Source: Raillietiella orientalis
Lineage: Eukaryota
Assembly (NCBI GenBank): GCA_036172245.1
Contig: JAYWIR010000017.1
Span: 3,658,001 to 3,722,000, forward strand
DNA: 64,000 nucleotides
Direction: 5' to 3'
Positions 1 through 11,400 of this stretch are shown one piece after another. Numbering within the stretch: the first letter of the stretch is position 1; every line of letters begins with the position of its first letter. A program made the position numbers and the translations under genes. The notes beneath the pieces are model-generated. The model saw only the letters and a program-made list of their open reading frames with translations. It was not told where the DNA came from and did no database searches.

Positions 1-329
1 TTATTTGTTGCAATTTTGGCTCATGATTACTTGTTACTTACTGATGATTACTTATTGTTACTTGTGGCAGATGATTCGGTTCTCTTTGTTTCACGTTTGT
101 CATCCCTGGATTCTTCTCAACACAGCTGTCGTGTTAGCTCTCCTTTCCTTGAGCCGATACCTGGTAAAGCACATAGTAAAGCATCTTGTAAAGCAGAGGT
201 TGATTTTCACGAAATCATCAGAAGATGTCAGGTTTTTATACACAGTAGAGTCCATTATTCCCAATTGTCCCTATCCGACTTGGGTGACACATTACGTGTT
301 TCTTCCTGAGCCCATATGGACTCAACCTC

Positions 330-1048
330 TCGTGTCATTCCGGTTAGGTATACATAGATTGATTCTTGTGAGGTATTCCATTCTCCCAATTCAAAATGCA
401 ATGTGAATGTCCTGAGAGAAGGGAGACGAACCCAAGGTAAACACATTGCATTGTGTTTACGTTGGGTTCGTCATCCTCCTTCACATACCAGTATATACGT
501 TTCGCCAAGGCTTTCCTGTTGCGAATGCCACTTAAATTCCGACCTGCACCGCATTCATATTCCAGTGTTCTCACGGTGGATGCTGCAGTGGGTTTACACA
601 CTTGGGATGGTTGGGGTTACACAGAATATTTTGCACCCATTTGACGTGTCGTTTGATGCTGCACATCTGATCATTTTTGCTTTGGACATCTAAATGAAAC
701 AGCCAATTTCAAACGGGTGGACTAGTGCCGGCGCAAAATGCGAAGAGAAATACCAAGAACTCTTCCTATTGTAGAAATCTTTCAGCATTATCCAATGATT
801 GCTTACTTTTCCAATCCCTTCTGCTTCCGAATTTAGAAATTGTTTTTCCAGACAAGTGTCGACTAGCCCAGGCAGCGTTTTCGGCCGGTTCAATCCAGCG
901 CCCTAGGTATTGTTACTTTACTACAAGCCTGCCAGTCGAACTTGCGAAATTGCTGGAATAATTTCTTTTAGGGGCCTTTTACATGATATAAGTTTCTGAA
1001 AAACCCACCTGTCTTCATGAAAGCCGAACTTCACATTCCATTTTTCAC
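330..1048 (-). pseudogene. Degenerate LINE reverse-transcriptase C-terminal fragment, interrupted by the Tigger element at 1051
   Basis: Minus-strand translation across frameshifts gives SEKWNVKF..KT, QYLGRWI, FAPAL..FEI and TLEYECG...RNRK...IYW. These match the order of the post-YADD motifs of LINE RTs (WxxKFNxxKT, KYLG, RPxLEY, LxxExG). Motif recognition by eye only. Confidence 0.4.
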
Positions 1049-1050
1049 TA

Positions 1051-2099
1051 CACCCATCCCTCCATGTACGCGGATTGTCCGTTCCACGTAGATTTTTTTT
1101 TACGCGGATGAAAATCGCGTAAAATAGATAGAGTCTGCCGGTACGAAAAAAAATACTGATAAGAAAAACCGGTATAAGTTATGAAAGTATTTATTTCGTA
1201 TAGGTTGACAAAAAAAAGTAATGATGATATTTCAGAGATATTTTATTCGGTTTCAGAATCTGTACTATAATTCAGTTTTTCCTCATTTGCATTATTAATG
1301 TTTAGGTCTCTGGATGGATTTTTCAATAACTCATCTTTTGCTGAGTTGTCGTAAATTGCCTGATATTCGCTTGAACACTTTTTTAAACCTTGTTGACGTT
1401 TGGATCAATATAGCACTTTTTAATTCCGTGGCCAGTTGAAGAGCTTTATAAATTTTTTCTGCAGTGAATGAAACTGGTTCGTCATATTCAATGCCACTTT
1501 CAGTGTTAGGATGGGTAGTACTGCCAGAAAAATCAAATTCCCTTTATCAGATGCTAAAGCTTGCTTTTTTAAACTGTTACAAATATTCACAGCTTTTTGT
1601 CTTATCACATAACTGTTCATAGGTATTTTCTTTTGAGTACTGCCTTCAATCCAGATCAATGCCTTCCCCATATTTTCTATTATAGGGTTTCTTGTATAAG
1701 AGCACTTTGAGCTTGCTAAAGATCGAGCTGAGACACTCCTTCTAATAATTTTTTTCAATTTTTTTCTTGTCCGGACAGTGGATTCGTTTATTCTATACAA
1801 CTTAGCAATAGATGAGGATTTCTCTTCTTTTTCAAGTCGTTTTACAATTCCTATTTTCATATCCAAAGACAGATTTTCTCTTCCTCCATATTATTGAACA
1901 TTCGTTACACATTTATGGGTTGAAATTACGATGATAATAAATATAAGCAGCCCGATAAGAATTTGGTTACTTACTGAGTGTTGGATTATTAATCCATTTT
2001 CAAAAAGTAAGGCTAGCGTTACTAAAGGCCGCGTAAAAAATGACATCACATAAATTTATACCGCGTATAAAAAGTTCCAAGTAAATGGAGGGATGGGTG
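1051..2099 (-). mobile_element. Internally deleted pogo/Tigger (Tc1/mariner superfamily) DNA transposon, family 1
   Basis: The left end CACCCATCCCTCCATGTACGCGGA matches the reverse complement of the right end CACCCATCCCTCCATTTACTTGGA (first 15 bp perfect). TA flanks both sides (1049-1050, 2100-2101). An internal transposase N-terminus is present. Confidence 0.92.
1420..1890 (-). pseudogene. Truncated Tigger transposase (HTH-psq plus CENP-B-type HTH, no DDE domain)
   Basis: ORF 1420..1866 reads DMKIGIVKRLEKEEKSSSIAKLYRINESTVRT ... MGKALIWIEGSTQKKIPMNSYVIRQKA. An RKRK motif lies just upstream in another frame. The catalytic domain is absent. Confidence 0.85.
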
Positions 2100-2384
2100 T
2101 ACATAACGTTCGTGGAAATTAATCAATTTATGAAGGCATATTCGTGACTTGAGGCTCAGTTCACCGGATTTTCAAAAATGCTATGTAGTATCAATATTAT
2201 TAAATTCCTAGTATATAATATTATTACCATATTCCTAAGCATTTCCATATCATTTTTGTTCCACATAATATTACTTTCTATTTTTTTTACTTGTATCCAG
2301 CTAAATAGGTAGGACCGTTATAATAGCTTGTAATAATATTGTAAAACATAGCAAACTTAAGGCAGTCTGTTGTGCTTTCGAGTG

Positions 2385-2640
2385 GATCATTAAGAAACTT
2401 CGATCTAAGTACACCTATGGCTGAACTAAAAAATTTGGAAATTCAACTTCTTCCGATGTGAATTTCCGAATTTCCATTTGAAGATATTAAATGGATCTTT
2501 CACATCAAGCATGACTTTTTGAATCAAAAAGCTAGGACAATAGTCACGTTCGAGAATAAAAGGCTTCTTGGAATAAAAGAACCGCAATTGTTCCCAATAC
2601 AGAGTTCATCATTCGATATCATTACTTGGTGATCTATATT
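2385..2640 (+). pseudogene. Possible highly decayed LINE RT fragment
   Basis: LRNFD...LKNLEI...KWIFHIKHDFLNQKARTIV resembles KAFD...LxxLxI...WIxxFLxxR of LINE RTs. It contains stops. Confidence 0.25.
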
Positions 2641-2817
2641 TGATTACTCATTTTAATAGGGATGCAAATCGCATTGTAATACCTTCGTAGAAATTTTCGT
2701 TAAATATTCTACACAAATGGAATGTAGTGTACCTTCACATAGGTATTCTCAAGAAATTGTTAGCCGCGTTCTAATTACTTTCATCCTCGTTTGCGCATTT
2801 TTTAGTACCAGGTAATA

Positions 2818-3656
2818 AACGGCGCATTCTACAGGGTCACCTTTGCCGGAATCCAAATTTTAAAAACGTTGCCTTTATAGAATGTTGTTGATTGTGTCGA
2901 GATGGGTGGTCGAAATAAAAAAGAAAAAACAAGTTATTTTCGATAATGAAATAAAAGAAATCGAATTGTTCGACAGCAGCATGCATTTTTTTAATCAAAT
3001 GAACAAAGTTAGTAGCATCACAGAAGTAAAAAATAATGATAGTGTATGGTAAATGATGATACGATGTAAAATTTGATTCAAAGTTCTTCACGGTTGCTTT
3101 TTCTCGCATTCGTCTCAGGAGGAGGACATCATGAACAGGAAGGTCAAACATTTTCTGACCACTCCACAGCTAAGTTGAACGAGTGGTCAGTGACTTTGTT
3201 CGATATCGAATTTTTCGAACATGGTTACTCCCATTTAATTTCCCTTCTGCATGCTCCATAGGAGCGTTGCTAAGGGTATCCAGATCGTGAAAGTGATTTC
3301 ATTCGTTTTCTCCTTCCACCCATTCCATAACCTCAGAGTCAGCTGCTGCATTTTCTCTCTTGCCATGAGATCGAGTCCTGTTGCGATGGGCATGTCATCT
3401 TCATCAGAAAAATAGCCCATAGGGAAATTCAACTCGATTCCTTCAGATGATGAATACAAATGCCTAAAAGCATTCACACAATAAGGCTCTTTGGAATTTC
3501 ATTCCACGACTCTACTGCCATAGAAGCCACATCTTTTAGAGTAATGCAAAAAAAGTTTCTTTCATCGAATGGCAGAAAACAAAATGATGACTACTTCAAG
3601 GGTCGCACATGTCAAAAGTTTCTTCTATAGAAGATGACCATATCGAGCGTACACTG
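2818..3656 (-). mobile_element. Non-autonomous pogo/Tigger-type element, family 2, copy 1
   Basis: The right TIR is TGACCATATCGAGCGTACACTG followed by TA (3657-3658). The left TIR is degenerate (..GCGCATTCTACAGGGTCA). The minus strand encodes Tigger C-terminal-like ITLKDVASMAVESWNEIPKSLIVNAFRHL and DVLLLRRMREKA. A highly similar copy lies at 42177-42866. Confidence 0.8.
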
Positions 3657-5571
3657 TAGTTCCCCAAAGAACTGTATCAAAACGTATTTGTATTCAGTGA
3701 AGTGGAATTCAATGAAATCAAAGATCTAGTGCATATCATAGGAAAAATCGTCATTTATTTACATCAGTGGTATTTGAAGGTGATTAAAAAGATGGGAAAT
3801 TTTTCGGTTCTTGACACCATTTTTATACTCCCGTTTGCGAAAATGGTAATCCATTCTCACAATTACAGTGTAAAAAGCAGTTTTATTTGTGATCATTTTA
3901 TAACCTTCAAGGCAGACTAAGGATGAGTGGTCAATCATTAGAATTTTGGAGTGCATTCTTTTTTGCCTCCTCGATTGTTTCTGCTTCATCTCTGCAAAAA
4001 TTTAAATGCAAACCCTTGACGCATTAATAAATCAGTGAATTAAACTCGAAAAATTTTCAGTACATTGCTTTTTTGGTTGGTTATCTTCGGTGTATTTGGT
4101 ATGTAAGACACTGAATTTCGAGGCCTAGAGAAGCATTAAGTTTTTGCAAGCTTAAATGAGAATATTACAAAGGTCATGCAAGCAATGGAAATGTTGCATT
4201 CAAATCCAGTTCGTAAATTTTTCTCAAATCATAATCACCTGTTAATATTCAAATTTCTTTTGTCGGTTGCAGATACTAGATAAACCTCGAGAAAGACACT
4301 CATGGTGTTCATTGACATGAAATATCATTTAAGACTTAAATTGTATTATGAAAAACTACATTGAGTTACTTGAGACTGCTCATGACATGCATTGAGACCA
4401 TTAAATTTCCTCAGTACAATCAAACCAAGTTCCCCTGGTTATTTTACCTATAAGGTCCTATTTTCCTATTAGACTTTGAAGTTCCAGAGTACATATATTC
4501 ATGTATTTGTTCAGGGCACCAATGCTTTTGTGTGTCAACATAGTAATCAAATTAAAAAGCTCCATGCTTTCTCAGCACTACTTTTAATGCTGTTTCATAT
4601 ATTGTCAATATGTTAATCTTGAAAATTAACACTTCAATAAGAATGGCTCTTTCTGAATGAAAATCAGGAATCCTCTGTGGTTTTTCTCACTAAATGTATT
4701 TTCATACATTCGGAAATAGTTTGGTTATTGCAATAGCTGTGTGAGGAAAAAAAAAGAAAATTCAAAAGTTTTCTCTTTCTGTCTTCACAACCCTCCTAAG
4801 CCTAATAGCATGTTTGCTGTCAATTGATGATATACACATTGCTTCAATGTGACATGCTTTTAAACACATAAGCATAACAAATGTTCTGCTACTTTTCAAC
4901 ATGCTATATAAAATCTTTCTCCCCAGAGGATCTATGATTTATAATTCATTGATTCTTTACAAAAGAATCACTATAGGCAATGTAAAAATGAAACTGAATC
5001 AGCAAATTTATTTTGACAAAAATAGAACTGTTTTGTAGAAACCATTAGTTTTATGTTAAGACAGAAAATAGCTGAAAAAAATTCAGAACATGTTGATCAT
5101 AAGAATTTGAAAATACATAAGTTAAAGAGTAAATAATGAACATCAAAGGGCATCAGAAATTGGAGAGAATAACAGAAATTTTCATAAATTTAAAACATGA
5201 AGCATAAATGGTGTGGCTACAAACAATCCCATATGTGTGCCTAATAGACACAAGCAAGATCAGAACATTTGGCTGAAAGTTTCCTATGTCTTGGCATGCT
5301 CTGTTTTAACTTTCTGAGTCTTTGTTTGTAACTTTATGTTGATGTCATTATAACAAACTTTCCCAGGTTGGTTGTGGAGAGCTGGTTGTATTGCTGTGCA
5401 GCCTGAAAATGTCTGTGTATGAACTTTTTATAATGCCTCTAATAAATTTTATCATAAATTTGCTTCTTACCATATTCAGTAAGGTGTCATATCTATGTAA
5501 TAATGCTTGGAAATTGTTGTCCTCAACCATGTAACATATGAGATGGAATTTTTTATTAGTTAAGTATGCCC

Positions 5572-6269
5572 TCAATCTTCTTTGAGAAGAAAACAAATGG
5601 GCACATTTCCTTTTACAGTTTTTACAATTTCAGTGTGCTGGACCAAAGCCAATGCAGTAATTCCATACACCAGGCATGGAAAACCTAACATAACAAACCT
5701 GATGAGTTGAACCTAGTTTTCAAAGGTGGAAGAAATTTGGAACATGCAAATATCGTATTTCTTCAAAAGATTTGGAAATATGCGTTTAACTTTTTAAAAC
5801 ACTACATATTTCTTAAAAGCATTATAAGGGCTGCACGCTTGCATCTGCCTTTGAACCTTTTTTCAGAGTGCACACATACTGAGTTGCTTTTCTGTACCAA
5901 TGTTTTCATGAAATTCAGATCTTTAATAAGATTTCAAATATACAATTTTTCATATTTCTTACCAAGAGTAACAAACTTTAGTAAATTCAACATGTAATTT
6001 TCATACTTTGAAACCACATAGTCACTTTTCATGCAGTAGTACTTGATAAAGGGAAAACATCCGGTTCTAAATATGAGATAACTATGACCGTCCACGTTCC
6101 AGTTAAATTTGCTCATTCCAAATTGGTCATTGATCACATATCTGTACGATACAAAATACGAAGTCCATTTGGGTAGATTTTTCTGTATCAGATAGCTTGT
6201 CAAAACTTGTGATGCTAAAGGCTTTGTTCTCTTTAAATTAACATAGATTTTCAATTTGTTGCAAATCAT
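5572..6269 (-). CDS. C15orf61: C15orf61/DUF4528 family protein, 139 aa; exons 6269-5963 and 5684-5572
   Basis: KPLASQVLTSYL..PKWTSYFV.Y..V.NDQFGMSKFNW.V....Y.I.RTGCFPFIKYYC joins through a GT-AG phase-1 intron (5962-5685) to GFPCLVYG...VPICFLLKED*. This is the recognisable C15orf61 signature. An alternative 5' exon (6315-6289) is possible. Confidence 0.9.
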
Positions 6270-7479
6270 TAAAACCCAATTAGGTTACCTTTACGCAGTG
6301 AACACAGTGTGGCATCAAACCTGATTTGCCAAACTCTTGTGAAGAATAAACTATTTACTTAACTATTTTCATTTAAGCTATAATAATGTATGGTTAGATT
6401 GGTTATAAGGGATTCCATATGTTTGAGCAGCTAATTCACTAAATTTAAATGACGAAATGGTTGCAGAACATGGTGAACAAATCTAAGCGAAGAATCACTT
6501 ATCTCATAGTGAATGAAAAAATAAGATGAAGGAGCCGATTCTATGATCTTTTAACACTAAATTCGGAAATTGCATTATATGAGATTACTCCAAAAAACCT
6601 TGTGGACTGAATGAAAATGTAATGCAGGAACTTAAATACTTCGACTTTAGTATTTTAAATTTCCAGCAAAGCCACAGAAATTTTCTTTGAACGGTATATC
6701 AGTGGCATTCTTCAAGTAAGATTATTGCACTACATCTAGATAAGATTTTATTTGAATTTTTTATTTAACTACCTTCGATGTATTTCTTTTAGACCGAAAG
6801 TCCAAAATATAACTCGAATATTTCATTTTGAGTAATTGATTGATTACATAGGGTTTTAATCAGTGACACACCGGTAGCTATCTTTCAGTATCAACTATAA
6901 TACGCTTCTGGTATTATTCAAGCATCTATGTAAGCTGGTCATCACAAAGAATCGCATTTAAAATAGGTACTAATATAACTTTCATTAGCATCTACACAAA
7001 TAAGGGATTCACGATCTGTTGTCCTACATGGCAATTAAATCATGTATTTTCTTTTGAGATCGATCAATGAAATTTTTATGTTATCAGGAATTTCAGTTAC
7101 AGATTTTTCTTATACTTCCGACAAAACCTTGCATATGAGATTGCTATTTGATTTCCCCTGAGGTAACTTTTGAAAGGAAGTGAATTTGTATGAGATTTTT
7201 TCTGATGATACGAAAATACCTAAAAGCAAAGCATTATAAAATTTCAATTCCTTATTAAAATGAACTCATTTCCGTGCATGCTGTCTTGCAAATCAACAAA
7301 TGTTTTCTTACAAGATATTTGTTTTCATTGATTTCTAAATTTGCACTACGTTTACCAACAATTTAGGACTTAATTAGTTCACCATTCCATTCAGCTTGCT
7401 TTTAGGTTTATAGCGAATGAATTTTCGTAAAAGAAAACTCATTTTTTTAGGCGTTCAATGCTACTCTTGGGAATAACGA

Positions 7480-8080
7480 AAAATGTTTGTGTGTAAAATT
7501 ATTGTGTGTTGTAACAGTTCTCGCCCCAAATAAACCATCACGAAGTGGATGCATGTAAATCACTGGATCACGAGAGTAAACTCTTTGAATACATGTGTAA
7601 ATCGGCGCACACCCACACATGCTCTCACGTGTGAAAACATACGGACGTGTAAACGCATTCACGCAAACACATTCGTATATGTTCACTTTGCATCACAGTG
7701 AAGCATGTGGCACGAATAAAATCAAACAAGAGTTTTCCAACTGCCATCCATCCAACTGAACCGAATCTTCCTCGAAATCCGTTCGTTTGCAGCCTCCTTT
7801 TCGCTGATCGGGTGGAAGCAGGCATTCCACGCTGTTTCGTTCACTCGTCCTCTACAAGGAAATAGAGAGAGACTCGTAGAAGCTCTGGGACACACACGTC
7901 CTTGATACGTGTCGAAGCAGTGCAGTGTTTTGGTTTTCCTGACTCGCCTATTTTTGACCTCCCAGGCACGGACAGGGTTCATTCCGTTCGTGCCGTAAGG
8001 GTGCTTCGCTGCCCGGAACGATGCTGAGGCGGCTCTGTGGAGGCCTCGGTGCCACCGTATAGCATGTGGTCGTGGGTTGG
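7480..8080 (+). promoter_or_regulatory. GC/CpG-rich island: probable bidirectional promoter and non-coding first exon of UBR3
   Basis: A local CpG-rich segment sits between two divergent genes in AT-rich DNA. It contains CACGTG/CACATG/CACGAG-like boxes at 7540-7720 and a canonical donor TGG|GTGAGT at 8081. Candidate acceptors at 8400 and 8407 lie just upstream of ATG 8433. Confidence 0.55.
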
Positions 8081-8432
8081 GTGAGTTCACGAGAGTGCCT
8101 GCAATGTTTGCATTGTGATCCTGGGGAAAAGGTCAGATCGGAGTATGCTTTCGAAACAACGTGACTTTTGAGAGAATCGTTGGTTTAGAGCACAGGAATA
8201 GGAAAAAAAAAAAAAGATCGGATTGAAAAAAAAAAAAAAAGAATAACAAAATAAATTAAGAATAAGCAATGGTATTTTGTGGTCATGTACGTGATTACAT
8301 AGAATTAATATGAGGTGTTTCCCTAAAGAAGTGTTAATTTGATGTTGGTGTGGTCAACTTATAGAAGAAATTGGAAACATGTATCGTTTTAATTGTTAAG
8401 ATCTCAGTTTATCACAATGATGTAGCGGAAAA

Positions 8433-11400
8433 ATGAATTCAAAAGACATTTTGAAGTCGTATAAACAGAATACTGCATTCCAAGTCAAACTTCAGCTACA
8501 GAATGATAATGGCAAAAGTGATATATTAAATAATTTGCTGAACATAATCTTTGACAACAACGTAAGCCTTGAGGATTCTGAGTTGATTGAATGGTGCAGA
8601 TGGCTTTTTGCTGGAGGAGACGAACCAGAAGTATTTGCAGATAAAGGTAAACTTTAATAAAGCACATACTTGTGCAGTAATAAAATAGTTTTGAATGGAA
8701 CAAAATTTAGATTATTTTCCTTCCAAGTCTTTGATTTGATTTTTAAAATTTGGTACGAAATTCAGTAATGTTTTTGTTGATTCAAAGTTATGTATTAGAA
8801 TATTGATTATTAGACAATATCTTCTTTATTTTAGTATTATCGTTCAATAATGCCGAAGCCTGTGGTTTAGTGTGGACTGCAAATTTTGTAGCATATCGCT
8901 GCAGAACATGTGCCATATCACCATGTATGTCTTTATGTACAGATTGTTTCCATAATGGTGTCCATGAAAATCATGATTTCAATATGTTTAGAAGTCAAGC
9001 TGGAGGTGCATGCGATTGTGGGGATCCTTTTGTGCTACATGAAACTGGGTATATAAGAATTAGTCACATATAAAATAAATGAAGCCAAAAAGTGCAAGCT
9101 TAGATTAGGTGTTTGTCAAGAATAATGCATTTTGATTTTGGCATATTGGCATATGTACTCTGCTTGAACTTTTTATAAATTCAAAAGGTGTATGTAATTT
9201 TTATATTTAGATTTTGCTCTAAACATGGGAAGAAGTCTAAAGCACATCCAAATAGTTCTGTACCCCCTGCTGATTTATTGATTGCAGCTAAAGCTATAAT
9301 GCCAAAGGTATTATTCAGGTTGTTACAATATTTTAGGGAAAGCAGGTAAATTTTAAAAAAATCTTCGGAAATTTGGGATGAACAGATTTTTTTTAGTGCA
9401 TTCGAGTTCATGGGTTTCCTGCCTGCCAGACTTGAGTGTTATAACAGGGTGGTTACTCAGTGCAATAAATTTTTGAACCTGATCATCGAATGGAGTGATT
9501 TAGGTGCAGTAGTTCATCAGTTGATGGTAGATGTTTTAAGTAATGAGCAGGTATTTTGATAACATTAGAGTCTAATCCTTTATAACATGAATTATTTTGC
9601 TTATGATGAATGAATTTTTAGATTTATTATGATTTCAATATTCTACCAGATGAAAAGAATCCTCACTTTAAATATTTGAAAAATAATTATATGAATTATC
9701 AGAAATCCAAGGATAGTTTACCAAGTGTTGAATGCCCTGAAAAGTATTTACGTAAGTAATTTTTATTCAAACTGCATGCCAAAGTGTATTATATGTAGAT
9801 ATTATGGGACTGCAGAAGGTTTTAGAACACCATACAATATTAGATGAACTTATATTCTGGACTGTAAAATACCAATTCCCTGAGAAGCTTGTTAGATTTT
9901 TACTAAACATGTTGCCTAATTCGGAATATAAAGAAAAATTCACGAGAACGTTTGTTCTTCATTATAGTAGGATATCTGTTATATTGGCACGTTCTGTGCA
10001 TTTGGAAACACGATTTGTGCAATCGGAAATTCTTGCTAACCGAATAGTTCATGTATCAGTGCAGCTGTTTTCTAATAAACATCTTGCATATGTGATGACT
10101 AAAGAAATGGATTTATTAGAAATAATGATGGTTAGTTTATTGTCAATGATGCTTAAAGTATTTATTCCTGATCCATCTTCAAAAAAACCTGGTAACTTTT
10201 AAATACACGAAATGCCATGTATTCCTAAAAAATATTCAGAATTTGAAAATTTACATCATGTTATCAATTGCCATAGTAAAATTATGGTGGATCATTGCTA
10301 CTGGCCATTAATATCAGATCTGAATAATATACTATCGCATCAAGAGATTGCTTTTAAATTGATGGAAGATGCTGATCTTTTAGAAATGTGGTTCCATTTG
10401 CTTTCAGTGTTTCAAGGTATTGCATGGGCTCTTTTTTTACTTAACAAGTTTGTCATTTTGCTCCATAAAATTTCGTTTTATGTGATCTGTTGTGTCTTCC
10501 AGCTGCTATGACTTTACTGTGGTTTTTAGGTATGAATGTTAATGAAAGAGAATTGTCTAGTCATATTGAATATGAGCCAAATACTTATTATGCATCTTTC
10601 TCTGCTGAACTGGATGCTAGTGCTTCTCTAATGTGGTCATTACTTACTCATTTACAGAGTAGTGATTCTTTACCATACACATTGAATGTCTTGAAATGCT
10701 GTAAGAATGCTTTGGAGAAATGGCTTGATATTGATTTTTGCAAACAAATGGAGGTAAATTGTATGTTTTCAATTCTTCAGTTGTAAAAGTTTTATGCAGA
10801 GTTTTTTGTCTTTGCCAACATTTATTTTATGTTTTGTTCATGATTTAATTTAATTTGATTAAAAAATGTTTTTTCATCTAGAGAAACATTTTTCAAGTGT
10901 CATTCCATTTACCATTACATCGATATTATGCACTATTCATGAGTCAGGCAATATCTAAGCAAGGGGTTAGTTTGAGTGAAGTGCTTCCTCCTATTGATTT
11001 GCTGCAAAGAATGTCAATTCATTTAATTAACGTGCAAGCTGCATTTTATGAGATCTTATGTGGTATGTGGGTCAGAAATGGTGTGCAGATAAAAGGACAA
11101 GCAGTGTCTTATGTGCAATGTAATTTTTGCAATTCAATGGTAGATCCAGATATATATTTGCTGCAAATGTTTGCAACTGTGCTAGATCCAGATATGTATT
11201 TAGTAAATATTATGAGGAGGTAAGTGCTTGCTTCATTGTGCATCATATGAATGTTTTGTGTGTTTTCATGCAGTGATTTGGAAGATATGAATTCGTTATA
11301 TGAATTGTTTTTACGAAAGTTTAAATTCATATCATTTGCTTGTGATGCTTCGTTTTACTTTTTTTTTTTTTTTTTTAATACAAGTTTACTTACTGATTTT

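Noticed and set aside
20..195. Short tandem repeats (TGATTACTT, TAAAGCA)
   Set aside because: Irregular and few copies; not a CRISPR-like or satellite array.
7700..8200. Telomerase RNA, RNase P/MRP, 7SK or snRNA identity
   Set aside because: There is no telomeric template and no complete CR-I/CR-V pair, and internal T runs argue against a plus-strand Pol III transcript. It is kept only as an unassigned structured region.
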